Shown: one piece after another, positions 58,908 through 64,000 of the stretch
Layout: every line of letters starts with the position of its first letter
Numbering within the stretch: the stretch's first letter is position 1
Origin: the human T2T-CHM13v2.0 reference genome, Homo sapiens
Reading direction: 5' to 3' (one strand)
Length of the DNA stretch: 64,000 bases
Assembly (NCBI RefSeq): GCF_009914755.1
Contig: NC_060928.1
Program-made: the position numbers and the translations under genes
Notes under the pieces: generated by a model
Seen by the model: only the letters and a program-made list of their open reading frames with translations
Database searches by the model: none
What the model was told of the DNA's origin: nothing

Positions 58908-60709
58908 TGCAGGGCAGTGCTTCTCCTGCTTTGACAGCCACAAGATTCACCTACGGATCTCCTTAAAATACAAAACCATAGACCACACTTTGACTAGCTT
59001 GGATAAGGGGTCAGAGGATTGAAATGAGTGTGTAGGTGACTGTGCTAAGATTCTTCTGCTCATCTGGGCACTGGCTGACAATATTAACAAAGCTTAGGAC
59101 CTCCAGTCCTTGCTGGAAAGGAAATACACATGCATAGGATGTGACTATGGATATGGAATATCTGCTGTGTTCTGGACTTTGTACTAGACACTAGAGATAA
59201 AAGGTCAAATAATCCCTTGTCTCTATCTTAAAGGAGCTTCCTACACAGAGGCTTCTGGAGGTCTCTGAAACCGGATTCACTTTCAGATTTGATCATTATA
59301 TTTATGATTTGATATTTTCATTGAACCCCATGATATGATAGTTTTTGTCAGAACCTGCTAGAACAATTGACTTTGCTCTCAGCATTATGGAGCTACTTGG
59401 GGGGAAAGTAAAACCAGATAGGAAGAACTTGAACTATTTTTTTAGCTGTCTTTCTTTAGAGCTGTTTTGTTTTTGAGACAGGGCTTCACCCTGTCCCTAC
59501 GCTGGAATGTAGTGTGGTGTGATCTTGGCAGCTTCAAACTTCTAGGATCAAGTGATTCTCCCACCTCAGCCTCCTGAGGAGCTGGGACCACAGGCACAGG
59601 CCATCATGATTGGATAATTTTTAAAAACTGCTTTGTAGAGACGGTTTTTTTCCATGTTGCCCAGGCTGGTCTCAAACTCTTAAGCTCAAGCGATCTACCC
59701 ATCTTGATCTCCCAAAGTGCACAGCCTTGCTTTTAGTTCATTTTGAGCTGTTTTATAATCTGGTTTTGAATCTATAAATTTGGATTCATTCTGATATTTA
59801 CAGATTTACCATCCTACTTCCTACTTCACTACATCCTACTGTAGGCCACCTCATCCATCTCTGCTCATAGCCTAAACTAATAGAAGCCAGGGGGAAGAAG
59901 TAGAAGCCAATGTGAGTCCAGAACACGCATTTTATAAGAGCATAAGAAATTTAAAAACAGCAAAGTATACCATGAAGATTGTAATAGATATGCATGGTTA
60001 AAATTCGCTATTTTAATCAATATATTCTATAAATGGAGAAAATTTTAAATATGTGAAAAGTAAGACAAGTTCATTATTAATATACAATTAATGTCAAGAA
60101 TGCGGCTTATGTTTTTATCTGAGCAAAACTTAGGAGCACTTGGGTGGAAGGAGGAAGAAGGTATAACCATGGGGAGCGTGTATGATACTGGAGGGAGCCT
60201 TCTGACAAGGGGGAAGTGGCTTCACGAGATATAGTATGGTCATAGCTATGTGGGAGCGCAGCTAGCTATGGTCTCCCCTGTCAAACCCATTGGGCAGTGT
60301 TCAGTTACCAACACTGAGGTAGAGCTCACCCACCCGGGACAGAAGAGAAAATATGCACTGCAGTTAGAAGCCACTATGTAGGAAGCTCCTTTCAGATAGA
60401 GACAAGGGATATTTGACTTCTTATCTCTGTTGTCCAGCACAATGTCCAGAACACAACAGATATTCCATATGCACAGTCACATGCTATGTATGTGTATTTT
60501 CTTTCCAGAAAGGACTAGAGGTCCTAAGCTTTGTTAATATCATGAGCCAGTGCCCACATGAGCAGGAGAATTTTAGCACAGTCACCTACACACTCATTTC
60601 GATGCTCTGACCCCTTATCCAAGCCAGTCAAAGTGTGGTCTATGGTTTTGCATTTTAAAGAGATCCCTGGGTGAATCTTGTGCATGTTACAGGGAAGCAC
60701 TGTCCTACA
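58908..60709. repeat. Inverted duplication: arms 58908-59256 and 60366-60709, spacer ~1.1 kb
   Basis: Hand alignment gives ~32 differences over ~318 bp of core (~90% identity). Confidence 0.95.
59464..59720 (-). mobile_element. AluJ (diverged) in the inverted-repeat spacer
   Basis: 'ctcccacctcagcctcctgag', 'gttgcccaggctggtctcaaactc'. Confidence 0.88.
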
Positions 60710-61796
60710 TCCTATGTGACAGGCTCTCATAGTCACCATCATCATGGGAATCTTGCACATGTTACAGGGAAGCACTGTCCTACATCATATGTGACAGGCT
60801 CTCATAGTCACCATCATCACGGGAATCTTGCACATGTTACAGGGAAGCACTGTCCTACATCGTATGTGACAGGCTCTCATAATCACCATCATCATGTGAT
60901 CTTGTGCATGTTACAGGGAAGCACTGTTCTACATCGTAGGTGACAGGGTCTCATAGTCACTATCATCACGGGAATATTGTGCATGTTACAGGGAAGCACT
61001 GTCCTACATCGTATCTGACAGGCTCTCATAGTCACCGTCATCACGGGAATCTTGTGCATGTTACAGGGAACCACTGTCCTACATCGTATGTGACAGACTC
61101 TCATAGTCACCATCATCAAGGGAATCTTGCACGTTACAGGGAAGCACTGTCCTACATCATATGTGACAGGCTCTCATAGTCACCATCATCACAGGAATCT
61201 TGTGCATGTTACAGGGAAGGACTGTCCTACATCGTAGGTGACAGGCTCTCATAATCACCATCATCATGGGATCTTGCACATGTTACAGGGAAGCACTGTC
61301 CTACATCGTAGGTGACAGGGTCTCAGAGTCACCATCATCACGGGAATCTTGTGCATGTTACAGGGAAGCACAGTCCTACATCGTATCTGACAGGCTCTCA
61401 TAGTCACCGTCATCACGGGAATCTTGCACATGTTACAGGGAAGCACCGTCCTACATCGTATGTGACAGACTCTCATAGTCACCATCATCAAGGGAATCTT
61501 GTGCATGTTACAGGGAAGCACTGTCCTACATCATATGTGACAGGCTCTCATAGTCACCATCATCACAGGAATCTTGTGCATGTTACAGGGAAGGACTGTC
61601 CTACATCGTAGGTGACAGGCTCTCATAATCACCATCATCACGGGAATCTTGTGCATGTTGCAGGGAAGCACTGTCCTACATCGTATGCGACAGGGTCTCA
61701 GAGTCACCATCATCGTGGGAATCTTGTGCATGTTACAGGGAAGCACTGTCCTACATCATATGTGACAGGCTCTCATAGTCACCATCATCACGGGAA
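60672..61796. repeat. 75-bp minisatellite, ~15 copies
   Basis: Unit gggaatcttgtgcatgttacagggaagcactgtcctacatcgtatgtgacaggctctcatagtcaccatcatcac. Confidence 0.98.
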
Positions 61797-61819
61797 GCTG
61801 CATTTAGAGCATTTAACTG

Positions 61820-62045
61820 TATGGGCTCTGAAATCAGATGACTTAGGTTTGGGCTTGCCTCTACTTCTTACTAAGCAGAGAACTTTGGGGCATGATACTT
61901 AATTTTACTAGGCTCAGTTTTATCATGTGTAAATTGGAGGCAAGGGGAAATTACAGCATTTTGCATAGAATATTGTTTTAAGTATGAAATAAAATAATAC
62001 ACAAGAAGCTTCTGCCATACGCTAACTAATATAAATATTAGTTAT
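61820..62045 (+). mobile_element. MIR
   Basis: 'gggctctgaaatcagatgacttaggttt...ctttggggcatgatacttaat...ctcagttttatcatgtgtaaattgg' MIR core. Confidence 0.75.
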
Positions 62046-63244
62046 TCATACCTCACTTAATCCTAATAAGAGGTCTATAAATTTGTACACAGAGATTTTT
62101 TTCTGTGACTACCCAAAGTTTCACAATTAACCTGGATTTAAAATTGGAGAATTTTCTCATTATAGTGGCCAGTAAATATGACATGCCACAATTATATGTG
62201 AGTGTATTATTGTTGTGGGAATATATGAAATTTGCCTTCAAAAGAGGGAGGATAAACTATGTTTGCAGAATCCAGAAAGCTGTTTCTCACATAAGAGTTT
62301 GTAATTTCTGGGGGAAAAGAAGAGAAAGTTGTTTGTGCAAATAAACATTACCATAGAGTCTTCTCTATGGCACCATCAAAAATGAAGACTGATTCTCATC
62401 TTCCTAACAATCTGCAAAGATAAGTGAAACACAACCTACTGACCATCAAGTTGAAGAAGAAGAGAACTTGAGTGGCACAGGAGGAAACCATGTCGTTGCT
62501 GCTAGGGAAATCAATATGACCAGTGTTCCTCTGCCCTCCTCCAAGGCTAAGGATGGGTTAAATATCAGTGGCTGACCTCAGATAATGGAATGAGCAAAAG
62601 AGCTATAAAAATGCATGCATTACGTAATTAAGAGGGTGGGAAGGGATTTTTTTAAAAAAGGCAATTCCTAGTTGGGTTCCTTCCTGTGAATTCCTAGTTG
62701 GTGAAGAAGCTGGTCTTGCCCTAGAGTTCTGGGGGTGGCTACAGACACAACAAACACTGAGACGATGAAACTGACAGTAATTGATTAGTTACTCATACTC
62801 AGCCCAGGGGAGGATGCTGCTGCACCTCTCCAGATCTATGTGGGGGTTGCACTCAGGAACAGAAAGAACAAGCAGAGGGTGTGGGAGGCAGGCTTGGGAG
62901 TCATCAGAGGGTGGGTGGCCCCTAGTCCCTTGGGGGAAAGTGCTTGACTTATTTGAAGAGTTTTGCAGTCGGGCAGGGGGTGAAAGCCATTAGGCTGAGG
63001 AACTGGTGGGGTGCAGCATGAAATTTTAGGTGTCACAATACAAATTGACATCTGATGCTTTAACATTGGGTATTTATTTTAATGATGACTAATATTTTAA
63101 GAGGCTGAGAGAAGGCTGTAGAGACACTGTAATAAGTGCTTGGGCATGAGAAATTAGGAAGACCACAGTTACGAGTAATGAAATGCGGAAGCCGATGCAA
63201 AGCTACTGCCCCCATTTGTTTAGCAGAAGGCAAGATAGGAGGCC

Positions 63245-63447
63245 TCTGACAGTACAAGCGTGTTCGTAAATATTTGGGTGATGTCATGCATTCTCCATGT
63301 ATTGGTTCTGGCAGCACAAGCGTGTTCGTAAATATCTGGGTGACGTCATGCATTCCCCATGCATTGGTTTAGAGATCTGGGGTCTCTGGCAGCACAAGCG
63401 TGTTCGTAAATATCTGGGTAACGTCACACATTCCCCATGCATTGGTT
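63245..63447. repeat. 62-bp unit x3 (16-bp spacer before the third) carrying GTAAATA, CRE and ATTGG motifs
   Basis: Units start at 63245, 63307 and 63385; perfect TGACGTCA at 63341-48. Confidence 0.9.
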
Positions 63448-64000
63448 TTCATGAGTGGTTTCAGTGAGTTTTTGGGCAAGTCTGATATTAGTGATCCACA
63501 GGCAGCAGGCAGCTTCCTGTACAGAGCTACCTCCACCCCTTGGACAGTCCAGGACTGAATGGTTGTCAAAAATGTGAACTCCTTGATGACCAGTAAAGGC
63601 AACTGAGAGAACTGTGTAGCATTGGTGTAAAAAGTGCACTTTCCTAAGGAGCATGAACTTAGAGTAATCAAAGGCTGTGGCAACAGTGGAACCCAGCAGG
63701 GCATCCACTCGCTGCTCTGTAACTTAAATAGCAATTCTTTGAGGAGCTCAGTCTCTCAACTAAAGCAGCTGCCTGCAGCCTATAGGGGCAGTGGAAGCTC
63801 TACTGGACACCTTCTTCACAAGCCCAGCACTGTGTTTTCTGATGAAATGTTGCCTTGGTCACCATCAGTAGTGTCTGGAACTCTGCAGGGGATAAGGAGT
63901 GTCCCTGTGAGATCCGTACTGTGTACTTAGTTAAAATAAAAGCATCTGTTGCCTTGATTGGTATTCTGAGTATCCATGAGACAAGAAGTTTCTTTAGTTC

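Noticed and set aside
62700-63000. Possible old LTR fragment
   Set aside because: Could not identify a family, termini or TSD with confidence

Overview
Primate (human or great-ape type) non-coding, repeat-dominated DNA. It contains Alu J/S/Y, L1PA/L1PB/L1M, LTR12C, MST/MLT MaLR, Tigger1, MADE1, hAT, L2 and MIR elements. I could not recognise any protein-coding gene; the long ORFs are either dead L1/Tigger/MaLR fragments or artefacts of tandem repeats. Main structures: (1) a ~5.4 kb 34-bp minisatellite grown inside an old L1 5' region that also hosts a solo LTR12C; (2) a full-length L1PA nested in an older L1, both with TSDs, retaining an ORF0-like antisense ORF; (3) a multi-template insertion scar at ~42.5 kb; (4) an LTR-int-LTR MST provirus and a full-length Tigger1; (5) a ~350-bp, ~90% identical inverted duplication whose outer end seeded a 75-bp minisatellite, next to a cluster of minus-strand exon-like segments; (6) a triplicated FOX-CRE-CCAAT module. 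I see no convincing new enzymatic or defence-type system. The notable signals are mutational and regulatory architectures. Subfamily names are from memory of consensus sequences, not from a RepeatMasker run, and identities are hand counts.
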